Shown here piece by piece: positions 40,401 through 53,851 of a stretch of 64,000 nt of DNA (positions within the stretch are counted from its first letter, which is position 1; every line of letters starts with the position of its first letter). The notes under the pieces were generated by a model. The model made no database searches and had not been told where the DNA came from. It was given only the letters and a program-made list of their open reading frames with translations. Both the position numbers and the translations under genes were made by a program. The stretch is from Enoplolaimus lenunculus. Taxonomy: Eukaryota. The stretch spans positions 62,001 through 126,000 of the forward strand of contig JASANG010002430.1 of assembly GCA_030248215.1 (NCBI GenBank), written 5' to 3'.

Positions 40401-43400
40401 GATTGCTTATCACTTTTTCACCTCTTTGATCTCGGTTTGCAAACCACTGAGGCTGAAATATGCCAAACAGAGACCAGCCAAATTCCAAGACTTGCCGAGA
40501 CCAAGACCGCCCATCCCTACACACGTACGACGTTGTCACAAAATAATAAAATAGTCAAAATGTTGTATAGCACCACACTAAGAGATTAGTTCCATGACAC
40601 CAACTTGAATTTAAACCCCATGACACCAACTTGAATTTAAACCATAGCACTCATGTTGCCCTTTGTAAAATAATGTTATGCTGTTACCGAGAATATGTAG
40701 AAATCAAACGTTAAATCCTTAGTAAACATTACGTTATCTTTGTTGGCAGGAAGAAGTGAGTTGTTCGTGAGCAATACAGCACGCGACTCAGTCTCGGTTG
40801 AAGTTAAAAACCTAAAGAAAGGAATTGTCATAAGGTCTATTATGTCTACAAACTATCGATAGTAATTGTAAAAATTTTATGCTTCATTGCCGAAAATAAA
40901 CAAACTGTTTCCACTAATTTAAATTACCAATGACTACTCTTTAACTAAAAATTATAAGCTAAATAACGTTCAGTACATGTTCGACGGTGGCTTCTCGTAC
41001 TCATCTTAGTCGCATGCACTCCAACTTTTGGGGTCAGTGTGGTCAATAAGTTTTGTGCGCGAGCCTGTAAGTGGTGAATATGATTCTTACAAGGCAGATA
41101 AGTGCCGTAATAATATTTTAACCACAATTTGTCCAGAAAAATCAAATTAAAACCTGTGATACCTGTCTTCTGTTAAAAGAAAACTTTCTTCTATCACTGC
41201 GAATCTGTAATAAATTCGAAACGATTAATCTACATTATTTTCAGAATCAAAATAAAAAGCTCCGGTTTTATAGATGCTGACAATAAATTCCTTGCATCAA
41301 AGGCTCCTTGACTTCTAATTCAACAAGACTAGACGTATGGAAGATATGTAGTCAAAGCACAAGTTAAATTGATAGAATCGAAGGTTGTTCACGAATCGAA
41401 CATTTGGCCGAAAGACTATCAGAGTGTTAGCCTAATTGGCTAAGAAATAATAGTATGTACTCTAACTGCGGTGCGTGTTTGTCAAATTATGTACAGGTTC
41501 AGGTTTATACGGTATACTTTCAGTCTCCTTGCTCATTTATTAAACCCCTGTTCATGCAAATCAAAACTTTCCCCAATTAGAAACTCACTTGCAATTGATA
41601 CGTTGTCCCTGAGTTAGTACAGCGGTGATTTTGCTGAAATAATGAATAAATAAATATATAATTAAAAAATAAATACAGAAATAAATAAATTACTGAACAA
41701 ATAAATATTCAAGTAAACCTTGTGTTGCTTGACGTAGATAAAATCACGCGAAAATCCCCATCAACAGCGCAAAGGTACAAATCACAGGGTCACGTGCCAT
41801 CATATACAGCAAATTGTTACGACGGCAAAGCCATCAACCAATGACTGGACTGAGCCATTTTTGAGAGGTTAAATGCTAGCGTATGTATAGTGCCTCGCCT
41901 GCTTTCGCTTACTTTGTAGTATCATCAATTATCAGACCTTCAATTTGTCTTTTCAAATAATAAGTGCCTCCAAACACAGCGCACAACCTGAAACATCGAT
42001 CTTCATAACTAAATAAAATTTGTTGGAACAAATGGTTAGCCCAGCATTATTTTTCAATGATGTTTTTTAGCTATAACAATGTTATTCTTTCTTTTAATGC
42101 ATGGTCCACAATAAGGAGTGACACTGTGGTGAAAAATTTTCAGTCATTCCGCCAAATTAATAAATTTATAAAATATTTTATTTCTGTTTGCAAACTGAAT
42201 TTCAAACGTAAATCGTCACAATCGTTTAATATCCCCTTTAATTATTGCAGTTTTAAAATTGCAAATAAAATTTTTTATATTATAAAATCGCGTGAAATTT
42301 TAGAATAAAATTTTACGTAGTCTGGAATTGAATATAATACGTGTAATGTAATTTAAAGTCAGTTTGGAAACTGATTAATTTTTTCTTAGTTTGCAAACTG
42401 TTATTATGTTACTGCAATGCATGCCTGGCTACGCATACAAATAGGATTGAATTACTAGGAATTGAATATTGTATAAAATTTTATTTTCAAACTGAATTCT
42501 GTTTTCCACCACTGTATCACTCCTTATTGTGGACCCTGCATAAATTGTCCATTTCACACATTGCTGATCTTGTGTTTAAACCATGTATAATGTGAGATTT
42601 TATGCCTTGTTACTCCTGAACATTGTTATATCTATAGCCTATCAAAACGCAAAGAAGTCGTGAGATTATATTACTTATTTTTTGAAAACCATACATAGTT
42701 GTTGGCATATGCACATAGTTCAGTACAATTTACAATATTTACGAACATAAACACCAACCTGCAAAAACATTGAGGCAATTCACCGCTGCCATATAGCGTC
42801 CATAAATATGGTGAATTACCATATCGACCAGTCGAAGTAAGAAATCGTTTTACACTTTTCAGGCTCTGGAACAATGAGCGTTGCGATTTGAACAACTTTC
42901 TGTATTAAAGTCTAACATAAAAAATAATACTAGCCATCCCGTGACAGAAATTCGTTGTTCGTTTATGACCGATTATTCCCGTTCGGATGTGTACTGCACA
43001 GACAATCGCAAACATGCGTATATCAAGGAGCTGTTGAAAGTCCATGGAGCCACGGCCTGTTTCTTTATAAAGGTTTACAATCATATAGAATTTTTCGTCA
43101 ATTTCAATTGTGATTCTTACCGCTCAAGTGTATACTTTACTTTCTTGCATACACTACAACACAATTCACATTTAAAATTTTAAAAATTAAAACACTATAC
43201 CGATTCAGTGGGGCAAGTTGTTGTTACCATTGCTATCGCGTGGACGATATAGTGTTTCAGTAACGGCGTTAACTTCATTGAATCCAGAAAGGCATCGAAT
43301 GGCTGCTGTTTTCGACTATCTATGAATTGAATTCGATGCATCGTTTTACAAATCCTGTTTACATCAGTTCATGCAGCCAATAAGCTACAACTTATAGTAC

Positions 43401-46400
43401 ACAATCCAAGGTCTGAGTGTCTACAGCGATTAATTTACAGCCTACTTCAAACATGTAAATCATAATCCATACTCAAAATATAATTCTTGTTTTATAAATA
43501 TCAAGACTACGGTTCACTAATAGCTTGTGATATCACGTTATTTATCAAGCAAACTATCTAGTGATAACCAGTCGTAGTGGAACTACATGTATTGAACGAT
43601 GCTCGAAAGCAGTAAAGCAATTAAGCTGATAAGCAAATTAGTTATTAGCCAATTATTCATTTATCCATTTGGAGGTTTGTAAATAATTCATTCAGATTCT
43701 TCGCACCCAATAACCCTTCAGTAACCCTAATAATCAGTGAAAAATTTTAAAAAGTCCTAATTTTGGCTTATCAACTATGCAAATATGCAATGCTTATATA
43801 CAAAGTATATAGTTATTATCTAACTATTCAATTATCGGTTTTGAAGGTCTGTAGACAATTTAACGAAAAAGTTTGTCAAAATCGGTTCATCGGTTCCTGA
43901 GATTCTTTTCGGACGGATAGACGGACGGACATTCATCTTTTGACCCCCAAGTACAGAACATACAAAGCGTCGCGAAACACCGAGTTTCGCTTCGCTCAAT
44001 GATATTTCTAATCACAACTCTGTACCAAAACATTTTTTATACATCAACGTTTACAATACCACACTTGTTGAACAAAAAATAACGAAGGAAAATTGAAAAA
44101 TTAAATACTCACCGTCCCATGCATCGATTTCACTTTCATAATTCAGTGCAAACGTCAATAATTTCATTAGCAGCCTCTTTTCAATCATCGTTATTTGTTT
44201 ACTTAGAAATACTTCACTTCGAGAACATGGAACCTGGAATACAATATCAAAACCACACATTCGTTCACAAATTTACAATGGCGTTTGTCTTAAACGAGTG
44301 AAATCACACGCTGTGTATAGAGGATATTATGGAAAATGCTCTGTTGAAATAAAACTTGTTTCTACTAATGTTAGTTTGCGCTAATTCGTAATAAAATTGT
44401 TTAACATTTTAAAGCCAAAGATAAAACGCAGTAAATGAAACTAAGCAATTCAATATATTCCATTCTCTTTAAAATAGTGGCATGTTCCGGCCTGCCAGTA
44501 CCGGTACAGACAATGCTAAGCTTTTATCATGACATATGTGTTTAAAACGAAGTATGTACTTTCAGAAATTCCCATGCAATATTCCTATGAGTGTTCTATC
44601 AATATCAAAGCATAAAATTTACTTCGCTAATTTCCCCATCTCGCCGCGTTAAAATACGATTAGCGACTTTGAATTCTGCATAGCGTCCAACGTTTGAGCT
44701 AATTAAAAGTTCAACCATACCACCGCGACTTAGCAAAAGCTAGAAAAAATAGACCGACCATAGATTTCCTTAAATCCGGTCAGCTGCTTAAAGTCGCAGC
44801 TAAAATTCCTATTTTTACACAGAGTGTATGATTGCTTGTTCCTTACGTTGTCTGGAAAACTATATTACGTATGTGTCGAGACATTACGGATGTAGCAAAA
44901 ATTTTCCATAATATTCTCCATATCCAATCACTAGACATAAAACTTGCTGGTTCGTAATATGCTGATTTTAACTTCAACAACAATGGAAATTTAAAGTACG
45001 TTTGTAGATATTTTAAATATACAACAGTTTTGACGTCGTACATAACTCGTAGGTCGATGCTATATAAAAACTCCGGTACGAACCACCTAAAATTTGCGTT
45101 TCTATGCGAGCGGTCTGTAAATCGCAAACCACAAAAACTCGAATTTTAAGGCACAAACTAATTTTACATCCCTCTCCCCATTTCGCTAGGCGTGCGCACA
45201 CTCGCCATCGCCAACAGCCTAACTAAACTCAAGTCTGAACACATTTATTACATAATCAAAGGTTAGTTTTACGCGCAAAAAATAAAATTATATACGTTAT
45301 TTCTCAAAAATAAAAAATACTTACATATTTTCCAAAACCAAAAAAAACAATTCAATATTGATTAAATAGCATTGCTTACTTTTGGAGTTAAGTCAACACT
45401 AAATCGTCTCCAATTTTCCTTTACTCGTTCAACAGTCCATTCAGTTTCAGCTACAGAAGCAGCTGAATTTAACTCCGTATCAGATCTATCGTTGTCCTCA
45501 AGCGGTGAAGAATCTGGTGGGAAATCCGCTTCTTGCTCCGGTAATAATATCTCGTTATTTGACCCGCTACTAATATCATCACATCCGTCGATTCCAATAC
45601 CTGCATCTACCGCATTTGACGTGCCTACACTAAAATTTTCGTTATCCATTTCACTAGTGTGGCCATTATCGCGATGGACTGAGCTTTCGCTATAATGAGT
45701 AGGTATTTCGCTTGCGGCTATTTCCGGTTGATCATTGCTTTGTTCCCTAGATTCAGAACACAGGCCACTTTGTTGAATAAGTGCTACGCTAGAATCAGTA
45801 ACGCTACTAGGAACTTCAGTGGAACTAACGTTATCACAACCGCCGAAAATGCCGGCATCAGATTGGTTTGAACTTGATTGCGCTTCGTCTTGCAACTGTA
45901 GTTCTTGTGTGCTTTCTTCACTACCCAACGGGGAATCTGTAGTAGAACTCTGAGGCATATTTCCAACTCGTTCCAGTACTGACTCCATCGGGCAGCAGCA
46001 AGTTGAGTCATTAGAATGCTCAGCAGTAGCATCAGATTTTCTAAAAAACAATACATCTATAAACAAACTGTGATATGGCCTTAAACCTTGCATCAAGTGC
46101 ACTATAACATGACACGGGGAAATGATATCTAGGTAGTATCTGAATGGAGCTATCAACCCATACAACTGGTGGTTCGCTATTGGGGTCCAATCGGCCAAAG
46201 CTCCCCAAACTCGATCCCTCCGTTGAGTAGTTTTGACCCATAAATCTAACATTTTTGGACGTCAAACACACTTTTTGTAAATTTTTCAGTTATAATGCAA
46301 TAAAGAAGTGGGTAAATGGTGTTTATATTTTATATACCAGCAATCATGCATGGTTAAATGGTATTCTCCTTTAAAAACCAGTAATTTTTTCGGTAAAAAT

Positions 46401-47874
46401 TATCCCCCGTCAATATTTCCACGTTGACAACAGCCCCTCATGTCTAGTGGAGCACCGTACCTTCGGCGTTACAAGCTTAATGCTAACTGATAATAGGTGG
46501 TACATAATCCGAAAAAACGGAACAGGTCTGAGTCCTGTGGCAATAAATCAGAATCTTGAACAGTGTTGTTAAGACCATTGACTCTAAAACTGTGCAACTT
46601 CAAGACTAACATTTCCAATCTGAAAGGTTATACTCATACAAACACATCAAATTTTACAACTAAAAACCAGAATAATACGGGCAAAAGTGCTCTATTCAAC
46701 TTCAAAAATCTGCCGTGAAACAAAATTACTAACCATTACTACTACACAGCTGAAAACTCGCAACAGCCTATTAACAATAATCACAAAACACCAAAGTAAA
46801 GCTAGTAAACTCAAATTAACTTACTCTTTGATATGCCACCGCATACTGCCATTCCGAAACAATGAGCTCGGTCTATTAACCCTCAACAATAGTTCTTGTT
46901 GCCTAACGCTGGTTGAGCGATCCTGATCGTTACCAGGTTCTCTATCTGTTTCATTAATGACCTGGTCATTTCGCGGTTCACCGTCTTGCGAACGGCTACT
47001 ATTAATATCGTTTGATTGATTTGGTTTGAAAGTATTTAAAAACCATTCGCAAAATCCATCAAAATTGAATGACGCCCAATTACTGCCGTAGTATTCGTTC
47101 GAGTCTAAATGCAAAACGCTAAGACCACATCGTGCGCAAGCGGCTGCTAATATTGCTTCGGGTATACCTGAAATATTACCAAAATTCAGATGGACTATGA
47201 CGGGATTATGATTCAAGTACAATGAAATTCACATGCCTTTGGAGCAGTACGCAGAATTGCCCCAAATTCAAAGATATAGTTAAGCAGACCCGACCACGGC
47301 AATTATTTAAAAAACAAAAAAATCGAAAAAGAATATTTCTAAATGAAAACATTACGAGATATCCAGCGGACCCGTAATTTTTTATCAAAAATACACGCAA
47401 TAATCGAAATACAAAACGGAATTTAAAACGTTTTCCAGTATCTGTGCATTGGAGTCAGACCAAAAACAAATTGATAGAAAATTGTCTACTAATTAAACTC
47501 TTAATGTCCAGTACACAAGAAACATAACATCAGCGTACCGCACAATCCATGATAACACTATTGAAATTCACTCTGGGTTGCTACATGTGCTAAAACATAT
47601 GTATCTATCATTAAACCGCTGCAATGAATATTTCGAGTTACAGCATTTAAAATCAACCAGAAAAAGTATTAGATAACGCCTGGCAATTACCCTTATTTTT
47701 TCCACTCTATGGTGCAGTAAGATAACCGCATTTCACATAACTTTTCGACTAGGGCTTAATACTGCCGTTGACAATGCTGCAAGGAATATAGGTATAACCT
47801 CCCCTTAACCACTCACCGGTGCCAATCACAATAACGTCAAATTCACTTTGAAGTTCATCGGCTGCAACCGCCAT
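35951..47874 (-). CDS. CHM: Rab escort protein 1 (Rab geranylgeranyltransferase component A, GDI/CHM family), 15 exons
   Basis: ATG at 47874, [53 protein letters not shown]. Later exons give [89 protein letters not shown] and the C-terminal [16 protein letters not shown]. All introns are GT-AG. Confidence 0.93.
36594..36712. repeat. (AAC)n/(ACC)n microsatellite
   Basis: Visible trinucleotide runs directly 5' of the LINE fragment. Confidence 0.95.
36713..37470 (+). mobile_element. 5'-truncated non-LTR retrotransposon (RNase H plus C-terminal zinc knuckle) with (CAA)n tail
   Basis: IVFYTDSQS (upstream frame, broken by a stop/frameshift near 36845), then [19 protein letters not shown] (RNase H) and LRAGAH...[17 protein letters not shown] (CCHC). 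Stop at 37389, followed by (CAA)n at 37400-37470. Antisense in a CHM intron. Confidence 0.88.
38984..39604 (+). mobile_element. Miniature LTR retrotransposon (TRIM) with tRNA-like sequence in the LTRs (Helenus-like)
   Basis: LTRs at 38984-39242 and 39350-39604, both TGTAAG...TGACA; 5-bp TSD AATTT; 107-bp internal region starting with PBS-like TGAGGGCTACG and ending with purine-rich GAAAATAAGGGCA. A box TGGCGCAGTGG in both LTRs; B box GTTCGATCC at 39525. Confidence 0.85.
39638..39987 (+). mobile_element. hAT-type MITE, nested
   Basis: CAGGGTGGCA...TGCCACCCTG with 8-bp TSD CTTGGCTG. Confidence 0.88.
42100..42538. mobile_element. MITE (Tc1/mariner-like termini)
   Basis: GGTCCACAATAAGGAGTGACACTGTGGTG versus CACCACTGTATCACTCCTTATTGTGGACC. 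Confidence 0.7.
43591..44000 (+). mobile_element. DINE-1/Helentron-like non-autonomous element
   Basis: Short inverted termini ATTGAACGATGC / GCTTCGCTCAAT, TCAAAATCGGTTCA motif followed by a (GACG)n microsatellite, and 3' hairpin GCGAAACACCGAGTTTCGC. Confidence 0.5.
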
Positions 47875-48104
47875 TTGGAGAAAAACTTCTATATTAAATA
47901 TAATTTGCCGAAACGACAGACTAACATATTATAACTGCAAAAACACACAAACTTATGCTTTCAAAGCCCTGTGTCACTAGAAAATCAATCCTACCCAGCA
48001 AATAAATTCTTCCGAACTAATCACCCGGAAATAGGTTGTTCGGCAGAACGAGTAAAAAATGTTGGCCTCAACGAAATTATATTCCCCGCATAAACTGGAG
48101 CATA

Positions 48105-48290
48105 CTGTAGTGACCCGAATAAGAGAGGGGACTGATATTTATTTGGTTTGTCCAGAGGGCACCCCTCTGTTATTCGGTTACAGACTGTTATTTATTTTTA
48201 ACCCACGCTCCGCCACCCTTCGTTACACATATATTCGGTATTGTAACTAACCGTTGAATTGAATGTTTATTTGACTTGTATCAAAAGCTT
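48105..48290. mobile_element. Truncated family A MITE
   Basis: Left TIR and the first ~185 bp of 3286-3737, just upstream of CHM. Confidence 0.75.
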
Positions 48291-48962
48291 TAAGAAAGGG
48301 TTGTTAGGATCAGATCCAAAACTCTTGGGTAATTCTAAATGAAAATATTAAACCATTCTAAGCTACGAACAGAACAGATGAAATACGAATGCCAGGATAC
48401 AAGCGGAGGTGTATCTCCGGTTACGGCAGAAAATCATTCTTTTCATTTTTCAATAAACTGTACTGTTCGGTGCGTTAACCTATAACTTAAGTAAGATTTT
48501 GACGAATAAATTGTCCAGGTTTTATAAAAGAAGTCAAAGACGAAACTTTCTTGACATTAAATAGTCTTATGTTCGCTTCTCCCCTGTTGAAGTAGCATAA
48601 ATCAGACCCCCGTCCAAATTTTACTAGAAAACTCAGAGCCCCGTCTAATTTCTACTATAAAAAATCAGATCTCTCCGTGAAATTTAGGCTCATGTCAAGA
48701 TCAGGAGCAAAACGTTTTTCTGCGGGATTGCAACTTTAGACTAAGTGTTTGCTTAAGATTTATGTCATTCTCAGGCATTGGAATATGCTTTATACTGTTA
48801 GGGCCGTCTTCTATATGTTGGCTGAACTTTACTACGAGAAATCAAACCTTATGATTATACCTTTGTGCTTACTTGTGTAAATTTGAGTATTCTAAATGTG
48901 TAGCAGAAATGTTTAACCCTATCTCACATGAATATTTTCGATTTCCCCTGAGACCTACTTTT

Positions 48963-49025
48963 ATGCTAGGATTCGAACTCAGATTGGAGTGGGAGGCGTA
49001 TACCATCACCACTCAGCTATAGGAG
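48963..49025 (-). pseudogene. tRNA-derived fragment or SINE head
   Basis: Minus strand reads GCTCCTATAGCTGAGTGG...GAGTTCGAATCC (A and B boxes); no proper cloverleaf. Confidence 0.5.
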
Positions 49026-50411
49026 CTTGACGCTCAAGCCCGAGGTCGCTCTCACGTCTTGTGGTGATTTAGTACTAAATATACGTGTTGCAATTGTTAA
49101 ACACGGTGCGATATATATTATTTAATGTATATACACTGCGCTGAGTTGCTTATAGGCAACTCAATGTGACACGGGGTTAGATAAGCTAGGCTGAAACCCA
49201 ACTGTACAAAGTGCAATTGTTCTTCAAATCCAGAAACCATAGGGTCTGACTTTCATACGAAAAATTAGGCGAGTCTGATTTTTTCTGAAGCACACAAATT
49301 GTCGGTCTGATTTTCTCTAAAAAATCAGACAGAGGTCTGATGTTTCTTACAACACCGGCTTCGGCAAACGTCGTCGAGCTCTGGTTGCAGTATTTTTCAG
49401 CTCCAGCTGCACCCTGGTACGCGAGTATATGGTGCATTGTATCATGTATCATCCTATCACCTCAGCATTATAATCACAAAAATATTTCAAAAAAGCTAAA
49501 ATGTAGTTTAATACTTGTTCCAAACATAAACATAACAATAGGTACTACATATACATCAAAAAACAAACAGATATCACTGTTTAGGGTGAATATAGCTTTC
49601 TTCTTTGGTATATGTCAAGTCAGTTATAATTAGTTGCACAATGTCTAGGTTTCTGAAATCTTGCTTCAATATTTACTTAAGTTTTACTCAAGTCGCCGAC
49701 TTAAGTAAATACGTAAATTTTCGACCAAAAACAAATAAACGTCAAATGTCAGCCATTGTCATACCAAGAAAGTAATAGTTTTGCTGTATATTGAGGAGGA
49801 ATCAACAGTCTATAATTTCAATTTGACCAAGGCTAGTATTCCTGATGGTAGATTTGTAATCTGTAAAATTTAGTCAGCGACTTTAGTATTTACTTACCTT
49901 AAGTACGCTCTTAAAAACGACAAAATGGTTCAGTAATTACTTAACACGAACTTAAGTACTAACTCGTACTTAAGTACGGTTTTGGAAACACCAGCCAATA
50001 TCTGTTAACCAAGTGGTAAACGGTTATAAAAATAGAGGAATTGTATACATTCGTGAGCGCCAATAACAGAAACGCCGCAAGCACACCGTAATCACCACAT
50101 GCCTATTACGGGCACGGACGCAGATTTTTACCAAAAACATTCCTAATCACGTTTACCCGCGACTATTAAATTCAATAGCTGGCAATCACACCGCATAGCA
50201 AAAGATCACGAGAAACGTCTTCAACTATCCCATACACAATGTCAGACACACATACATATCGAACTATACGGCCACCAATTTTGCAACTTGAAACAAGTTT
50301 CGATCACCCGTCTTCTTTAGAACCTTCCAGCGCCAACCAATTTTCACCTCATACTTCTCATCAAACTAGCAACAATTTTAAGACCATATACCCCACCAAA
50401 ATTTCTGGCAC

Positions 50412-51990
50412 TTAGGTAAGCGTCTGTTCAGAACGGACATACTCCCCTATATCAGCTTGATGATAGCATACTATGGCTGTTGGATCAGCGCGTCTAATTT
50501 CAGCAACAGCTTTCGCCGAAACACCAAATCCTAGCGGAACATTCGACATTGAAAACAACACAACACCTTCATTACGACCAAGGCTATCAGATAGCCGACC
50601 TACACCTGATTTCAGCACATGATTACCGTATAAAAAACGTTGTTCAGCGGCAGGCTTGAGCCAAATTTTGTTTCTGAAACAATCCAAGGGTTGAGATGAT
50701 TACAATATTCCAGTTGAGGAAAAATATATACCAGAGGACAAAAAAGCTGGTTCTCCCCTATTTAACACTGTACTACCACACCGCATTTAAGTAATTTATG
50801 GCAGTTTCTTATCACCCAATCAGCGTCTTGGTCTCACACTTACATGCTTATGTACACAGGTATGCTTAGCACTAGCCTGTCCGGCAAGCAAACTGGTATA
50901 CATATATAGGTAATGCATTTTAAACACTAGTTGCAAGTGCAATCCACGAAAAATAACTGCAATAACAAACGACAATTTACTTTGCGTAAGGTGCGAGAAA
51001 GTCAAGCGCAGTGATGTGAAGATGGAATTTTTTTGATTTCGTAAATTTTCCCAAGCAAGTGCCGAAACTGAGTAACGAATTGTGATTAATACAGGAAGCT
51101 TGTTTCATCAATGTCTCACTAGAAATAAACAAACGAATAAGGTATAATAAATGCGTTACACTGTTCTTATTTCAACATCTCTTTGATTTCACTATAACTA
51201 CAGGCAAGATATTGAAGCTGCTCCCTATATCAGGGTGCAGCCGAAGGTGAAAATTATTGGAGCCAGAGCTCAACAAAATTTCCGGACCCGGAAGAAAAGC
51301 CGGAGGTGAAACGAAATGAAGGACGTATTTAAAATAATATATAAATTGGTAATTTTAGCAGATATCTGTCAAATGTAGTCAAAAATTCTTTTAGGCATAC
51401 TTCTGTGAAATACCAATAACTCGTTCTTCACAATTATGCCAATAGTAAAAGCCGCACACTCAGAAAGGCAAAGTTTTTGCAAAACAATGGGAAATTTCAC
51501 TACCGAAGCATACAGAATTTCCTTCGTAAAACCGTACCGGAGCCGGAAGTAGACCTCCGGTTGTTCCCTGCTCTATGGCAATCGTGTGCTCAAACAGACC
51601 TTACTTCGTTACACGTTATGGAAGACAATTTTTAACTGATTTAAACTCGACAGCATTGGCAATCATACTCAAGTACTGAAAAAATGGGAACTTAAAAGAA
51701 ACAAAAATGACTTATTATTAAGGGGTTAAACCTAAGTTTAAGCACGAGCCTGAGCCTATTTTAATAATCCAGTTAGTGTGCACAGAAAACATCTTGTAGG
51801 GGAAAGCAAACAAGTGCATACTTTGAATCAAAAGGTCCTAAACTAACCTAGAGTAATAAACACGGTCATTGTGTAAACGAAAACAGTACGTTCCATCCGG
51901 TCGTTCGACTAACAGCTTAATACTGTCCCCAATAAATTTCATTAGCTTCGTAAAAACAACAGTGGTCTCTTCATCTGTTAATGGACGCAT
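50412..51990 (-). CDS. NIP7: 60S ribosome subunit biogenesis protein NIP7, 3 exons
   Basis: [21 protein letters not shown]...[11 protein letters not shown] | ...[30 protein letters not shown] | [26 protein letters not shown]...[16 protein letters not shown]. Confidence 0.95.
51231..51570. mobile_element. Degenerate hAT-type MITE in NIP7 intron 1
   Basis: CAGGGTGCAGCC...GGTTGTTCCCTG termini resembling family B. Confidence 0.5.
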
Positions 51991-52128
51991 TATATAGGTA
52001 CCGTATTAATATTCTTATACGTTATTTGTTATATTAAACCTAAAAATCAGTTCTGTTCGTTATGACACAGATTAATTACCAACATCAAAACTGACATTAC
52101 CGAGCGAAAGCCGTGAATATGATTGTGG

Positions 52129-52702
52129 TGTCAGTCAAGGTAGGAAGCAGAACTTCAAACCTGTTATCCAAAGCAGCTGAAAAACCAGGTTACGGGTAGT
52201 TTCGGACTAGCGACCTTCTGTGTGTCAGACGGACCCTGTTACCGCTACACCACGCAGCCCGCCTCTCCAACCGTTTTTCTCGTCGACTATATGTCGAAAG
52301 GAATGCTGTCGGCTAACATCATCACAATGTGCTATGTATTATGACAAGCATTTTTCACACGCTTGCTTAGAGGCCCAATTTTCACCAAGGTCGTCGCTTG
52401 ACCGTCCACCATATTTTCGACTGCATACCGTGTTCATAGCGCGGCAATTTGCCATTGCGTTCACGGCGTAGCCCCACGTCAGTTAAGGTAAGAACAGGGA
52501 CTTCAAACCTTTTTAACAAAGCAGTTGGAAAACCGGGTTACGGGTAGTTTCGAACTAGCGACTTTCTGCGTGTCAATCGGACCCTCTTACCAATGTGTCA
52601 CGTATCCCGCCTCTCCAACCGTTTTTCTCGTCGACTATACAACACAATATACGTTGCATATATTGAATATGCACTAGGACAATCATAATTCACGTGCTTA
52701 CA
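52129..52702 (-). mobile_element. Second, older tRNA-LTR TRIM copy
   Basis: LTRs at 52702-52477 and 52371-52129; 105-bp internal region homologous to 39243-39349; PBS TGGGGCTACG; tRNA-Val-like cloverleaf in each LTR. No recognisable TSD. Confidence 0.78.
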
Positions 52703-53133
52703 CTGAGTTGTTGCTCATGATACTGTGTGCACATTTTCGCAGTATGTATACAATATAGGGCCCAAACAGCGCAGTGCGGGTACTCTTGTCAACAGGCAAG
52801 TGAATAAGGTAGCTAAAACAATTTATCATAACAATCCAAATAAGCATCTCTTTAATAACAGTTATTACCTAGCTTAGTAAATAAAAATACTCGTTCTATA
52901 GTATATTACAGCGAAAAACCATGAGAAAAATGAAAAAGTTAATCTTTTTATAATAAAAACAACTATTTCATGAAACCTTCAAATTGGCAAAACGTAAGGT
53001 ATACTTGTTTTAGTTATTTAATCATAATTTTTTCAGTTGTTTAAAGATATCAATGCCTCAAATTTTTGACGTTAATCCGACTTATGTCAAGTGTTCGCAG
53101 TTTTGCGGCCACTTATTGTAGAACACCGGTCTA

Positions 53134-53523
53134 CGGTGTGTAACCGAATATCCGTTTACGTTTTCGTTTCCGTTTCGGCTCTAGAAATACAACGAAAATT
53201 ACGTTATTTTTACATTCAGTTATAAATCACGTATATATCTCGCATTTTTGCTATGGATATGCTGCAATTATTTGACATGAAACAAGAAATACGAAATGCA
53301 TCCAAAATCTTAAAATTTTCGGTGCATCCCCCATTTCTTTATTGAAATCTCTGAAAGACCGGTGAATATATGGACGACTCAATTGTGTTGGCAGAGAAAT
53401 AAAACACTTTTGAAAGTTTTATACTTCAATGTCAGTTTTCCGATTTCCGGTTTCGGTTTGACTTCCGTTGTTTTCGTCACCATTCGTTTCCGTTTGCGTT
53501 TTTTACTATCCGTTTACACCCTG
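53134..53523. mobile_element. hAT-type MITE (TTTCCG-rich)
   Basis: CGGTGTGTAACCG...CCGTTTACACCCTG termini; related sequence near 2817-2960. Confidence 0.5.
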
Positions 53524-53851
53524 CAATTGTATGTAAACAAAAATTTTGAATCTTAAACCCAATTCTGATAGAAAACATGGAACACCAAGTGATTGGTACT
53601 ATTCTCTAACGTATAAATCGCCTATCACCAGTTAATGATACATTTTAAAATAAGTGAATTCCAGCTGCTACCGATCAAATACATCCTCTCTCGGATCATT
53701 TGTAATTTAAGACATCTGGCCATTTACTTTGCTAGTTGTATGAAATAGCATTTGTTATTTTTTTCACAAACCAGTTATTTACATATTTTATAAATCCACT
53801 AGTGGGATTATCTATTCCTTTTAGAAGGCTAACCAGCAGTTGGAAATACTT

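Larger units (their letters stand above)
38790..40519. mobile_element. hAT-type non-autonomous element carrying nested insertions
   Basis: Termini CAGGGATGGGCGGT / ACCGCCCATCCCTA; 8-bp TSD CACACGTA at 38782-89 and 40520-27. Confidence 0.85.

Noticed and set aside
48322..48340. Spliced-leader RNA remnant (AATTACCCAAG on the minus strand)
   Set aside because: Only an 11-nt match, with no adjacent donor site or Sm site.
47875..50411. NIP7-CHM operon
   Set aside because: The genes are co-oriented but 2.5 kb apart with transposon inserts between them; the sequence alone does not support an operon.
52187..52260. Functional tRNA-Val gene
   Set aside because: Mismatches in the acceptor, anticodon and T stems, an atypical GAC anticodon, and location inside an LTR.
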